Shown here piece by piece: positions 13,708 through 27,296 of a DNA stretch of 64,000 bases. The stretch spans positions 18,910,001 to 18,974,000 of the forward strand of contig JBHGNT010000017.1 of the NCBI GenBank assembly GCA_043228905.1, read 5' to 3'. This stretch comes from Azolla caroliniana (Eukaryota > Plantae > Polypodiophyta). The notes beneath the pieces are model-generated. The model did no database searches and was not told where the DNA came from. It saw only the letters and a list, made by a program, of their open reading frames with translations. The number at the start of each line of letters is the position of its first letter. Within the stretch, counting starts at the first letter, position 1. The translations under genes were made by a program, and so were the position numbers.

Positions 13708-16700
13708 CTGGTGTTTGAGGTCATTTTTGGGCAAATATATCCCTGCACATATCAAGAATGATGTCAAAGTAATTTTTGCTTTTTGAAATTAGAGTGAACT
13801 CTATGTTAACTATCACGTGTTTGCGACTAGCTCCATAATAATAGCCTTCAACAGGTATAAATTGTTGCATTAAGTGGATGGTGATAATTAGAATAATTTT
13901 GTCTCAAAACTTGCATAAGGAGCGCAATGGTAGCGGAAATAATCATAAACTTGCAAAAAGCATAGTACAGGCTATAGGGCATATTGCAGTACGTATCGGG
14001 TCAAATAATATTTACAGTTCGATATTATGTTAATCTATCATTGGATATACCCGAGTCAATTGAGATTCAATATAACAGCTCCATAGTACAGGTATAATAT
14101 ATTACCATTATTAATTATCAGAAGAGAACGTGATGCAGAATGTTTGTGAGGCTTATCATTTAAAGTAAGAGCAATTATTGAGGAAAATAATAACATTTAA
14201 TATGGGAACAAAATCATTGTGGGAGATTGGAATATTTGTGAAATAGGATTATTGAGAGATGAATGATTGATTCATATCTGAACTTTGTGAATGAAAGGAT
14301 TTAAGGGGTCTCAAAGATCATGTATAATATTGAGCTTATTGAGCCTTTTGCAATGTAATCTTGCCACTAACTTGGGCTTTTATCATTGATGATGAAGTCA
14401 CCATTAGAATAGTTTTTCATATTTGATCTGTGTGAAATCATAGGTATTAGGCTGTGTTAAAGATTATTTGTGTAGTATCATGTTTACCGAGCCTTTCATA
14501 GATTATATGTAGTGGTTGTCAAGCCTTTCACGATGCAATCTTGTCATTGATTTGGGATTTTAGTACTGATGTTGATGTCACGTATCAGACAAATTTTTCT
14601 TTCTTGGATAAATAGGTAAGAATGATGCGTCTCCACTGATGTCTACCCTTTCCTCTTAAGGGATTTGAAAAGCTGAATTACATAATTGCTTGAAATCAAT
14701 TCAATTTTGCTCATGTTTTGGTGGATGTTAAGCATGCGTTACACATAATAGTTAATCCAAGTCTATTGGATGAGGGAAGAATAGCATTGCTTAAAAATCC
14801 AATTAGAGGAGAAACAAAGTAGGTTCAAAATGAAGTTGTGGTTTTATATGGGTAATTTGACAAGGGTCTCTCATAATTTGTGGGATGGTTGTGGAAGCGA
14901 TAAAAAGTAGTCCTAGCTATATTTGTAAGTTGCAAAGAGATCATTATGAGGGTGTTGCTACCAATTACATTAATTAAATGTAATAGCAAAGGAGTTCGAG
15001 AAGAGTAAGGCATATATAAGACTTATCAATGTATATCTTTTGGGTTTGAGGCTCATCAACTCATATGAACCCTTCAACATCCATAATTCTTCTTTCTCCC
15101 CTCTTGTGAAGAACAATTCTAGAAATAGTTGAAGGCATGGTTGTTGCCTTATAGCCTTACATTGCCAAACCATAGTAAGCACCGAGGGGAATTTGATTAA
15201 ACATCCTATGCTTTTTCCATGTCATGTGACCCATAACTCTTACAAAGTGATGCTAAACATAGGTATACAAACTTTGGTGCATAGATGATGGAAGGACAAT
15301 TCAACACTTGGGAATCAATGAAATTTAATGCTTATGGAACAATTATATAATCTTATTGCAAAATAATTGAATTCCCCTTCTATAAGTTTCAAGCAAATGT
15401 ACGGAATCACACACATTTGCATGAAATAACGTTACCCAACCAAAATTTTGCCCAAACAAATTTTTGCAGTTTCAAATGATATCTTGCTTTAGCAATGACG
15501 CAACCCTTACATTCTTGGAAGTGATTAGTTCATTGCTTGATGTGGGTCAGTCAATTGTGGAGTATTAGACACATAATCTTAGGCTCATCAATAGAGTCTC
15601 GACAATGTCCCAAGATGGCGTGTTGAGGGGAGTGGATAGTCCCCTTTATATATCACCAATATCTTAGGCCCTTAGACAACCACATATTCCCATCTGTAAC
15701 TATAGTAAGTATGGTTTTATCTGAAAGTCTAGGATAAATGGTTTGACATCATTAAACCATTAAAATTAGCTTTAGAATTTCTCCAAAAGATTATGCCTCA
15801 TGAAACATAAAAATAATTTGTGTTTTACTTGAGGGAGATATGGAGCACAAACATTCCCACTATGGTAGAGGAGACCATTAGAAATGTGGAAGGTTGACTT
15901 TGAAGTTGTGATTGTAATGTCATCTAGTTTCTTGTAAAGAAACCATCATCATGGTATTTATAAATTCTAGGGAATTGGTTTAGTATACGTATGTTTTGGA
16001 CCTTTAAAAAATCAGCAAATGACGTCGCCAATTACAAAACATTATGAAAAAACTTTTGTATAAGACAAAAAAAACCAAGACGATTGTAAAAGAAGGTGTT
16101 GGTATCTCTCAAACACGATGCATAGCTTGATGCTATACCCAACACTTTTGTGTCTCGCCAAATATTGCAAATAAGGTGACATTTAGTGTTGTCAAAATAT
16201 GCCGCGAAACATTGCATTTGTTGTGCAAAACGAAAAGAAGAAAAACAAAACATGGGATTTTAAATATTCCCAGCTATATGTATCGATTTATAATATTGTT
16301 ATGCACAACAAAACATACCCAATAAGGTGCAAAGCATCTAAAATACAGAAAATCTAATTGATAAAATCATCAATCACATAAAACATACACATGATAAGGT
16401 TTAGTGTCACTAGAGTTGGCGCAAGCCAATGCAAATGTTCTTACATTGAGGATTGTCATATTAATTCCTGATTTAGCCACTAAGATAGTTTCTTTATCCC
16501 TATCCTATTGGAAATTGAACAAGAAATGCATGACCTTGCGTATGTGTATGTGTATGTGTATGTATCCACGTGTATGTATGGTTATGGAGGCATTTCTTCT
16601 AGTTTCACGATGAATTTCCATCATTGTACAATTACAATTGTCCCCTAGTTCTCTCATGGGTTTGTTAACAAGAAAATGTTGTTGCTTACTTAGCTCTTAA

Positions 16701-18489
16701 TAACATGACTTCTCTAACAACCCCAATGTTCCTCAAACTTCAATCAACATGGACACATGATGATCGAAATCTCTTCTCCCATGTGAGCCCATTGATCCGA
16801 AATGCATCAACATGATCCAATGAGCTGACAAACTCCCATACCAAATTATTTACCACTATCCCATACATTGTCACATCATGGAAACTTTCGAACACACTCA
16901 TAACACGACAAAAGTAGCTCTTCGGGGACACTACACATTGTCTCTCGATTGGCTACTTAGACACATCCCACAAGCTAAACCACACACACACACGCACACA
17001 CACACACACACACATGCTCCTTGTCCACTTTTAGTAACTCCCACTGCACTCTTTCTACCCTTTTGATTTCATAGTCTTGTCCTTCACTAGGTGGTTAATA
17101 AACACCCTCTCACATTATTGGATTTCTCAAAACCCATATTGTCCCTTGACCCTTCTTCCCATTTGCTCACCTTGGATTGGTTAGTTCACCACTACCAACC
17201 TCCCTCACATAAATAGTCTGATACCTTCACCCAACCATAGCCGTCACTAGTGATGTGTGAGTCACATAGGTAAGTTAAGTTACTATAAAAGTATATATAT
17301 TCCTCATACTTGGCTTTCCAAAATCTTCAAATGATTCCCATGTGCCTAGTGTGAGGGAGTTTACTTCCTTCACGTTTATTGTTTGTATAGGTTTCTTTTT
17401 TGGGGCTTAGGTTTCTACGTTTTAGTAATTTTGCTAATTGCCCTATGTTCTTTTTACATTTCCATTAGCATGGGTCGACATTTTTTAACACTTTCAATTT
17501 TAGGGCCACTTATCTTGGTAGGTTTCATTTTGTAGTTTCTTAACTTTTTGGCAAAGAACCTTTTAACGTTATTGCTCTCTGTCTCTGTCTCTATCTCTGT
17601 CTCTGTCTCTCTCTCTCTCACACACACAAACACATTGTGTGAAATTTCACTCTCAAGCCCTCACTATTCCTCATGTTTTTCTTCTGTTGGTATATTCTCT
17701 TTGCTTCCTCCTTTCATAGATGTTGTCCTTCTCAATCACAAATGTTTCATGTACTTGGCATTTCGTTTCTTGCTAGAAGGTGCTACTCTCATTGTCTCCA
17801 TATCTTTTCCCCTTTACACACGCACAATTTTCAACAAAGTTGATTCCTCATAAGTGGATCAATGAGTCTTGGTTTGAAAGTAGCAATTGGAATCATTGAA
17901 ACAAAGATAAAGTGGTGTTGTCAAAATGATTAAAAGTGACCACTCCTAAACTCTTCGATGAGTCATCATCAGAATCATCCCAAAGCTTGGACGTCATTGT
18001 TGCGTTGAGTAATAGAGACTAGCATTCCTAGATTTTGCGTTTGGGTAGGAGTTATGGGCATTTTATAGTTGGTACGAGCTACCTTTGGTATGTTGCTATT
18101 GTGAGACCTCACTTCCCTTCAATACTAATGGGGTATCATAAAATAAAAGAGGTGGGTGCCTTACACAATATTGTTACCAATCCCTAAAGCAAGGAGACGT
18201 TTGATGAATACATGTTTGTTTGTTAAACGGTTCGCATTCAGATGCAAAAGAAACATAGAAAATGTAGCTCCCTAAAGCTTACGGTTTACAACGTTTAAAT
18301 TGTACAATATGACAAGAGTCTCTAGAAATTGTGATATTGTTTTTTCAGTTTTCGAATAGTGCCCTATTCTATCAATTAATTGTTCTTAGAATGGACCACT
18401 TTCCACAACTGAAAGATTGGTTCAAAACATTACCAAATAAATGTAGTTTCCTTGTAACAGAATCACCTCAAGAGAGGCGGCTTCAGAAC

Positions 18490-19973
18490 TGTTAGGCCTA
18501 TCCACTCAAGTGGAGCCCACAACTTACAGACGGTTGAGAGCCGGCCTAGGGCAGAAGAGTCGACTGAGAACCAAGTGAGGGTTGAGGAACAAAGCCAGCA
18601 AGGAGTATCTAGAGCCGATTAGGGCCGACAAAGAGTCGACAATTGACTGACAATTGACTACCGGCTGAGCGCCGAATCAACTTAGGACTAAAAAGAGAAA
18701 AAGTTATAATTATTTATAACTATATTTATATATACATATATATGTATGTATGACTTTTTCTTTTGTATGTTTTTTTTGTGTGTGCGTGTGAATGTGCAAG
18801 GAAAAAAGAGACACTGCACAAAAAAGAGAGCAAGACATATAAAAGGCGTGGAGACACACGTACAGAATATACATAGAGAGATTGAGACATTGAGAGCAAG
18901 AGATAACTTTGAGTACAGAGACAACACAAAGAGAGACAATTGAGAGACAACGGTATATACGGAGAAAACAAAGAAGTGAGAGAACAAAAGAGAGAAAAAC
19001 AACAAGAGCCGGATGATGAAGACCCGATGAGAACTGGATGAAGAGTACTCGGCAAGAGCCGAATGGCGAAGGCTCGGTGAGAAGCGCTCACCGGATGAAG
19101 GGACATATTCGTAAATATATTTCTGAGAGTCCATCGGGGCTATATGTGTAAATAGCCGAAAAGTCATATTAGTATAAATATGACTTAGGGCAAACTCTTT
19201 TAGTGTTGTTGTCATTCTTGTTGGCGCAAGATTAGAGTGCGCAACTGTGTACAGAGAGAGTGAGAGAGAGGAAGAGGTCGTTGCCTCTTATTGTAACCGC
19301 CGCCTGTGGCGAAGATAGCAAGCTCGAGGTCGTGGCCTCGGTGCTTTCTTATTGTACATTCTTATATAGTGATAGTTTGCGGTCTGTGGGCTGCCGTGGT
19401 TTTTCCCGAGTTTGGGTTTTCCACGTAAACATCGTGTGTACTCATCTCTCTATTGTGTTGTGCTTTCATTCCCTGTTTTCTGTGTTTTATTCTAGGCTCG
19501 GTTGTGGCCGAGTGTTGTTCATCGGGAGCGTGTAGTTCCTGTCAATTTCCTCTAGTCAAAGCCTAGACAGACTCTACTCAGTTGTACTCACTGTTATTCT
19601 ATCCACCCAATCGAGTGAAGATTGTAGCCAAGGTTGTTGCCTTGAAGTTTGTACATTCCTCTAGTCAAAACCTAGAGAGGTTGTACTTAGTTGTAATCAT
19701 TGTTATTCTATCCACCCAATCGGGTGAAGGTTGTAACCAAGGTTGTGGCCTTGAGGCAGATACATTCCTCTAGTGAAAATCTAGAGAGGTTGTATTCGGT
19801 TGTACTCAGAACATAGTGAAGTTGTTTGGAACCAACGGTTCCCGTGGTTTTTGCCTATTTTGGTTTTCCACTTTAAAATTTGGTGTACTCTGATTTTTTG
19901 TTTCTATTTGTGTCTGTCTTATATCATGTTGGAAATCTAAAGCTCATCCCGATTCACTCCAATATTCCTAACA
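18490..19973 (+). repeat. Element A 5' LTR, with internal ~110-bp tandem repeats at about 19545-19810
   Basis: Inverted 7-bp termini and adjacent PBS. The left boundary is inferred from the terminus only. Confidence 0.7.
19014..19524 (+). mobile_element. Probable solo LTR inserted in the LTR of element A
   Basis: TGATGAA...TTCATC(G) termini; colinear similarity to the solo LTR at 25883-26504 (GTATAAATATGACTTAGGGCAA, CCGTGGTTTTTCCC..GGGTTTTCCACGT). The TSD is only partly preserved (CCGGA / GGGA). Confidence 0.6.
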
Positions 19974-20508
19974 AGTGGTATCAGAGCCAAGGTTTATACC
20001 CTCCGCAAAACTTGGAATATGGATGATTCACTAGGCGGGATGATTAAGTTGTCTGGATCCAACTACCCCATATGGAAGTCCAAAATGAGGGACATGCTAG
20101 TATGCAAGGACTTCTGGTTTCCTATACAACATGGTAAGAAGAAACCCGAGAAAATAGATGCATTGACTTGGGATGACATGTATCTAAAGACATCTGCATA
20201 CATTTGATGTTTTATAGACATGAGTCTATATAACAACTTCGGTGATGAAACCAAAGCAAACGAGTTATGGAGGAAAATCGAGAGTATGTTTCAAACCAAA
20301 AATGCCTTAAATAGAGTCTTCGTGTTTAGGAAACTTGTAAGAATTAGATATCAAGATGGCTCTAGTATGGCAGAGCATCTAAACATGTTTCAAGGATTAA
20401 TAAGTCAAACTGTCTCTTTAGATATACCTCTAGCAAATGAGGTGTTGACCTTGTTATTGTTAGGCTCTCTCCCGGATAGTTGGGAAACCCTTGTGACAAT
20501 TGGGATTG

Positions 20509-21091
20509 TGATGAGAATCGTGACCGGCCACAACCGGCTTCTCGTTCGGATGTTTGGGTGCAGGGAATGCAAAATAGAATGCACGTAAAATAGAATGCAC
20601 TCAGACAGAGTATGAAAAACAGAAATAGCACAAGAGACAGAAACACGCGATCTTAACGTGGAAACCCGAAATGGGAAAACCATGGGGGGTCCACAAACCC
20701 CGAGAAACAGAATCACTATGCTAAAAAGGAGGAGTACAATTAGAAGCTCCGAGGCAACGACCTCGAGATTCTACTTCGTCAACAGACGACTACTCAGTTA
20801 CACACTCTCTCACTCTCACTCTCGTACAATTACACAGTTACAAAGGCAACGAATTTCTGAGTAACTTTTCTAACAACAACTCATCATGCTAGCATTATTA
20901 TTGCCCTAAGTACTTATATACTAGTACACCTTTTGGGTTATTTACAAGTGTAGCCCATAAGGGCATATTTAGACTATTTACAAGTATAGTCTTTTGAGTT
21001 GGCTGTCTACACAATTTCGGTTTCGGCCTTGGCCAACTTTCTCATCAACTCGGCTCTTCTCTTCCCATCTAGAGGGACTCCTTTCCTAACA
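20509..21091 (-). repeat. Element B 3' LTR
   Basis: TG...CA termini; repeat of 26719-27296, roughly 8% divergent by eye. Confidence 0.93.
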
Positions 21092-21099
21092 GACTCCCC

Positions 21100-24000
21100 C
21101 TTCACTCCGACATGGGGTACTGCACTAATCCAATCTTCTGTCGGCACACACTTAGCTTTTGGGTTGGTAACACTTTAGTCAACATATATGATCCATTTTC
21201 AGCCGTGTAGATCTTCACTAGAGTGAACTCCCTTTCTTCTACCCTCTCGCGGAGCCAATGATACCTCCGTTGGATGTGCTTTGTGCTCGAGTGGTAGGTG
21301 GCATTTTTCGCAAGGTGGATGACACTCTAATTGTCGCAATAGAATTGGAATTCTTCCTGCCAAATTCCCAGCTCACTGATAAACTCCTTCATCCATACGA
21401 TTTCCTTGCCGGCTTCTACTGTGGCCATGTACTCGGCTTCCGTGATCGACAACGCCACGACCTTCTGCAACCTCGATTGCCACGAGACAACTCCCCCTGC
21501 ATATGTCATTACGTATCCAGACGTGGATCGGTTGGTATCTGCATCAACTGATATGTCCGAATCCGTGTAGCCTTCCAATGTGGGGTTACCTGAGCCGAAA
21601 CGAAGACACACGCTCAAGGTGCCTCTCAGGTACCGAAATATCCATTTCACAACAGGCCAATGCTCTTTCCCGGGATTGCTCATCTATCGGCTGACCACTC
21701 CGATGGCGTATCCAATGTCCGGCCTTGTACACACTATCGCATACATCAGGCTTCCAACCGCCGAGGCATACGGGACTTTTGACATCTCGGCCTTTTCGGT
21801 TTTCGATTTCGGACATTGATCTTAACTCAACTTGTAGTTCATCGGCAATGTCAAGCCGACCGGTTTCACGCCTTCCATGTCGAATCTTTGGAGCACCTTT
21901 GTCACATATTTCTCTTGTGACAATCATAGCAATTTCTGTCCCGAACAATGTGCATACCCAGGATTTGCTTTGCCGGACCCATATCCTTCATCAAGAATGA
22001 CCCGTTCAAGGCCATCTTTAGTGCTTGGATCTTCATATGGTCCCGTCTGACAATTAGCATGTCGTCCACGTACAATAAAAGGATGAGGAAATCTCCTCCA
22101 TCGAACTTCTTCACAAATACCCAGTGATTGGCCTGCGTTTTGTGGTACCCGTTTTCAGTCATGAAGGATTCGAATTTTCGGTACTATTGCCATCGAGCCT
22201 ACGTCAACCCGTACAAGCTCTTCCTCAATTGGCATACCATGTTTTCTTTACCTTTCATTACGAATCCTTCCAGTTGTAGCATATATATCTCCTCTTCGAG
22301 ATCTCCATGTAGAAACGCCATCTTGACATCCAATTGTTCGATTTCGAGATCCATGTTGGCCTCAATGCTCAACACGGTTCGGATGGACGTCATCTTCACT
22401 ACTGAGGCAAATATTTTGTCAAAATCCACGCCCTTCTTTTGTTGAAACCCTTTTACGACAATTTGTGCTTTATATCTAGGTGAATTTCGGCCATCTCTTG
22501 GTTTCAACTTGTATACCCACTTATTTTGGAGTGCCTTCTTCCCCTTCGGCAACTCGGTCAGTTCGTATGTGTGGTTCTCATGCAAGGAATCCATCTCCTC
22601 TTGCATGGCATGTGACCACTCTCGGCAGTGGGTATCTTTCGTAGCTTCTTCATAGCTTTCCAACTCCCCTCATCGGTTAGCAGTACGCGTTCTTCATCTA
22701 GAAATATTCGGGGGCTCTTCGCTCTCTAAGGGGGTATCTTTGGCCTGCGTTCGGTACAGTTAGTTCATCTTCAACCTCTTTGTTCGAGTCGATTTCGGTT
22801 CCTCGTTCGGACGACTCCCCTTGATCATCAGTTGTTTCTCGATTTTGCCGAGTATTAGATCGATCGATTGATACGTGTTCGATTTCGATTGAATCGTCAT
22901 CTACACGATCCAACCGAGCATTATCTTGACTCGATTCGGTGGTTGGAGACTTTTTCTCGTTCTCCCAATCAATCATTTTCTTCTCTTCCATGAAGACAAC
23001 GCCTCAGCTCCTAATCACCTTCTTCTCGGCTAAGTTCCATAGCCGATAGCTGAACTCATCATCGCCGTAACTGAGAAATATGCACAACCGAGATTTCGGG
23101 TCTAATTTCCCCCTCTGGTCCTTTGCCACATGCACAAAAGCAAGACAACCGAACACCCTCAAATCTCGGTATGACACGTCTTTGCCACTCCATACCCGTT
23201 GTGGGATATCACCGTCCAAGGGTACTGAGGGTGATCAATTTACCACATATGTTGATGTCATTAGCGCCCCAGCCCAGAACGTTTTCGGTAATTTCGCATG
23301 TGCAAGCATGCTTCGGACTCTCTCCATTATGGTCCGGTTCATTCTCTCGGCCAACCCATTCAGCTACAGTATACTCAAGCCGAATTCCTTCTTTTCAACA
23401 ATATTCTTCGAACAGTCCGCGGTACTCTCCGCCATTGTCCGCTCGGACTACCTTCAACTTACGGTCGGTTTCTCTCTCGGCCCTCGCCTGGAACTCTTTG
23501 AAGAAGGATAATACTTGATCCTTCGTCTTCAGCACGGAAGCCCACAACTTCCGGCTATAGTCGTCTATAAAGGTCACGAAATATTGTGAACCACTATGCG
23601 ACTTCGAGTCCACGTAGCATACATCCGTATGCACGAGTTCCAGCGGTATCTTCTTCCTCATTGGGGGCCTCGTTCAAAAGGATGTTCGATTTTGCTTTCC
23701 GGCCAAGCAATCCATGCATTTCTCAAGTTGCACGTTCTTCACTTCCAGAATGAGGTTGTCCTCGGCAAGCTTTTGCATCCCCTTTTGGCTCATGTGGCAC
23801 AACCTCCTGTGCCACAGTTCACTGACTATTTCGGCTACCACATTCACTTCCCCACGGCATAATCGAGCATTCATTATGTACAATGTGTTGGTTTTCCGTG
23901 CTCGAGCCACGATTAGGCTCCCCTTGCAAAATGTCATGACACCATTCCGGATGCTACTTGAGTAGCCTTCATCATCCAGCCGACTGGCTAATATCAGGTT

Positions 24001-24411
24001 CAATCTTTACGGATCCGAGATCATCGGCCCTTTACGATGAGAAGCATTTCCGATCAGGGGTTAGGTGAAATGATGCACCCGAATCGACCACCCACGACGA
24101 TTCATCGCCGACAAGGTTCACTTCGTTCTACTCGCTAATGAGCAACAACTCCTCCTCACTTGTCGCAATCGCTGAGGTGTTCCTCCTTTCCGAATTTTTT
24201 TTTGGTTGCACACCATCGGATCCCCCTTTTTCCTTTCGGAAATGTCGGCAATTATTTTGAAAGTGCCCCGGCTTTCCGCAATAGAAGGATGTGGCCCTTC
24301 CTCTCGACTTCGACCTCGTCCCCGATTTGTCCCGGTTTTGGGGACTCCGATACCCGGCTCTTCCCCGGTTGTGGTCATCTTCCGTAACCAAGGCCTTCAG
24401 ATCGGTTCCGG
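21100..24411 (-). pseudogene. Element B pol (PR-INT-RT-RH) pseudogene
   Basis: ORF fragments 24128-24391, 23674-24003, 23395-23661, 23004-23219, 22199-22663, 21902-22162 and 21327-21683 carry the successive copia domains. Confidence 0.9.
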
Positions 24412-24580
24412 TGTTGTGAAGTACGAAAGCTTCAAATTAAAAGTCTACAAAAAGATAAATACGTAACTAAAATAAGACATATCTTGATCATGTTTTATAA
24501 AGGTAATATTAAAAAACACACTATGATAATATTATACATTACATGTATAGGCAAATAAAATACATATACATTATATTACA

Positions 24581-24650
24581 TGGACAAGAGAGGACTTGAA
24601 CCAACAACCCCCACCTTATGACTCATAAACCTTACCATTTACCCTATAAT
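24581..24650 (-). other. Degenerate tRNA-like module 1 in solo LTR D
   Basis: Minus strand reads TAGGGTAAATGGT...GTCATAA...GGTTGTTGGTTCAAGTCCTCTCTTGTCCA: A-box-like, CAT loop and B box at tRNA spacing. The stems pair poorly, so it is not a functional tRNA. Confidence 0.5.
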
Positions 24651-24784
24651 TGTAGTATATATAAAACAATATGTCTTGTTTTATTTGAAGTAATATTGTA
24701 TGGTTTAAATCTTAAACTATATAATGTATTATATGGATTTAAACCATATAATGTACTACATGTGCACCATATATTGTATTACAT

Positions 24785-24856
24785 AGATGAGAGAAGACTT
24801 GAACCAACAACCTCCACTTTATGAACATCAAAGCCTACCATTTAGCCAATACTCAG
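24785..24856 (-). other. Degenerate tRNA-like module 2 in solo LTR D
   Basis: Minus strand reads TGGCTAAATGGTAGGC-TTTGATG-TTCATAA-AGTGG-AGGTT-GTTGG-TTCAAGT-CTTCTCTCA; A and B boxes with tRNA spacing. Confidence 0.55.
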
Positions 24857-25882
24857 TTGTTTTATTTAAAGTAGCATTGTATAGTCTAAACCATGTAATG
24901 TACTACATGTGCACCATATGGCCCACATGCAAAACCATCCCCTTCCTATAAAAGGAGAAGGGAGTATAGTCACAACGATATGAAGGAATTGATCAATATC
25001 AAAAGAACTATATTATAGATATCAATAGAATCAAATAGAGTTATATGGTAAGAGATATCACAATAGAGAAAGAAGAAAAGAAGGTCAATATACAAGAGAA
25101 GCTCTAAGTTGGCGGTTGTGGTGCTCAAATCTCAACAAAAAGGGTTCGAGGTTCGAGTCTTATCTCATTGAAAGATAGAAGAGAAGATTGTGGTCTACTA
25201 TCAAGAAAGAGAAGAGTGATAGAAGCGAAGATCGTGGTCTACCTTGTGAGACAAAGTTCGAATTCAACAACGCTCGCAACTATTTTGTAACTCTTTCATC
25301 AAATAATTATAGATCTCTTTTATTGCTTCAATTATCATTCTATATCCTATCTTGTTGATCACTATTTATCTATTTCTACTATTTCGTCTCTTCCGTCCAA
25401 AATCCCAGTGATTCCTTCATCCCTTTCACATTATCTTCTGTATACGCAACGCTACGCTTCTAGGTGAGCCACGCCATGACACCGGACTCCCGGTCCTTTC
25501 GGCGAACTTCTTCATCTAGCAAGCTTGATTTGACTCTTGCTAGGGACAACTATTCCGTTCCGGCCCGACGTTGCCCAACATGACAAGTAACGTCTCCCAA
25601 CTATCCGGGAGGGAACCGAGCAGGAGTAATGCAAGTACCTCATCGGCGAGAGGTACTTCCAACGAGGTGGCTTGATGTATCAGTCCCTGGAAGGCATTCA
25701 TGTGCTCCACTATACTGGAGCCGTCCTAGTACCGGAGCCTCACTAGCTTCTAGAATACCGAAACCTGATTAACAAAAATCTTGTTCTGGAACATGATGTT
25801 GATCTTCTCCTAGAGTTCATGAGCCTTACTTTCTTCATTGAAGTTGTTGTATAGGCTCATGTCAATGAAGCACCAGATGTAT

Positions 25883-26504
25883 TATTGGGAAATCGGTCCC
25901 TCTGGATGGGATCCGGTTATGAATGAAGTGAACCAGGTGAGAACCGGAAGAGATCCGAAAACCATATCAGATGGAGCCGGTGAGAACCGGAAGAGATCCA
26001 GAAGCCGAATCGGATAGACCCGGTGAGAACCGGATGAGAAGACATATCTGTAAATATGTTTTGAGTAAGCCTATTGAGGCTTTATTTGTAAATAACCCTA
26101 AGTTCATATAAGTATAAATATGACTTAGGGCAATCACTATATAAGGTGATGTGGTTGTTGCCATATTGTTGTATGTGTATAACTATTGTATAGACAGAGA
26201 GACAATGAGAGAGGAGATACAAAGCGATACTCTATTGTAACCGCCGGTTGGTGAAGATACAGAGCTCAAGGTCGTTGCCTCCGAGGCTCTGATTGTACCG
26301 TTCTCCTATAGTGATAGTTTGGAGTCTGTGGGCTCCCGTGGTTTTTCCCATTTAGGGTTTTCCACGTGAACATCTTGTGTACTCTCTATTGTCTATGTGT
26401 GTACGTGCGTTCACTCCTTACTTCCCATTTCTGTGTTTGATTCTCATCGACAAGTGATTCAAGACTTGGTTGTGGCCGAGCAATATTCCACATTATTCTC
26501 TACA
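25883..26504 (+). mobile_element. Solo LTR (element C) inserted in the gag of element B
   Basis: TSD TGTAT at 25878-25882 and 26505-26509; termini TATTGGG (TG mutated to TA)...CTCTACA; copia LTR motif CCCGTGGTTTTTCCC..GGGTTTTCCACGT. Removal restores gag KTTTYI|WCFIDMSLYNNF. Confidence 0.88.
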
Positions 26505-26718
26505 TGTATGTCGTCGTCTTCATGTGCATCATCTCCCACACTGTGGCGTCGATCTTATCCGGTCTCTTGTCCCTAAACTGAACTAGCAACCAAAGATCTT
26601 TAACCACCGGCATATCCCTCATCTTCGACTTCCACACTGAGTAGTTGGGAGCCGATGACCTTGAATATGCCACCGAACGATTCTTCCATTTCCTGTGTTG
26701 TTTGCTCTGATACCACTT

Positions 26719-27296
26719 TGATAAGAATCGTGACCAGCCACAATCGGCGTCTCGTTCGGATGTTCAAGTGCAGGGAACGTAAAATAGTATGCACATAAAA
26801 TAGAATGCACTCAAACAAAGTACGAAAAGTAGAAATAACACAAGAGATAGAAACACACAATCTTAACATGGAAACCCGAAATGGGAAAACCACGGGGGTC
26901 CACAAACCCCAAGAAACAAAATCACTATGCCAAAAAGGAGTACAATTAGAAGCTTTGAGGCAACGACCTCGAGATTCTACTTCGTCAACAGACGGCTACT
27001 CAGTTACACACTCTCTCACTCTCACTCTCTTACAGTTACACAGTTACAGAGGCAACGACCTTCTGAGTAACTTTTCTAACAACAACTCATCATGCTAGCA
27101 TCATGATTGCCCTAAGTACTTACACACTAGTACACCTTTTGATTATTTACAAGTGTAGCCCATAAGGGCATATTTAGACTATTTACAAGTATAGTCTTTT
27201 GAGTTGGCTTTCTACACGATTTCGGTTTCAGCCTCGGCCGAGTTTCTCATCAACTCGGCTCTTCTCTTCCCATCCAGAGGCGCTCGTTTCCTAACA
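26719..27296 (-). repeat. Element B 5' LTR
   Basis: TG...CA termini, adjacent PBS, flanked by the TSD. Confidence 0.93.

Larger units (their letters stand above)
24412..25481 (+). mobile_element. Solo LTR (element D, 1070 bp) inserted in the gag of element B, with a 4-bp TSD and tRNA-like modules
   Basis: Termini TGTTGTG...CATGACA; CCGG on both sides (24408-24411, 25482-25485). Removal restores gag RKDRESG|TDLKALVTEDD. TATAAAAG at 24947 suggests plus orientation. Confidence 0.8.
20509..27296 (-). mobile_element. Near full-length, decayed Ty1/copia element B (Tnt1/Tork-like) nested in the gag of element A
   Basis: LTRs 20509-21091 and 26719-27296; TSD GATTG at 20504-20508 and 27297-27301; PBS TGGTATCAGAGC at 26704-26715; PPT next to 21092. 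Gag, protease (VDSGAS), integrase (VHTDVC, RADNGGEY), RT (KWVYKLK, QLDVK.AFLHG, LLYVDDML) and RNase H (GYTDSD, ALSITEAEY) are in copia order with many disablements. Confidence 0.95.

Noticed and set aside
13800-18480. Possible decayed transposon coding sequence and small diverged duplications (14340/14520)
   Set aside because: No protein motif or terminal structure could be read with confidence.
24581-24856. Functional tRNA-Met genes
   Set aside because: The anticodon, T and acceptor stems do not pair properly, so they are reported only as tRNA-like modules.
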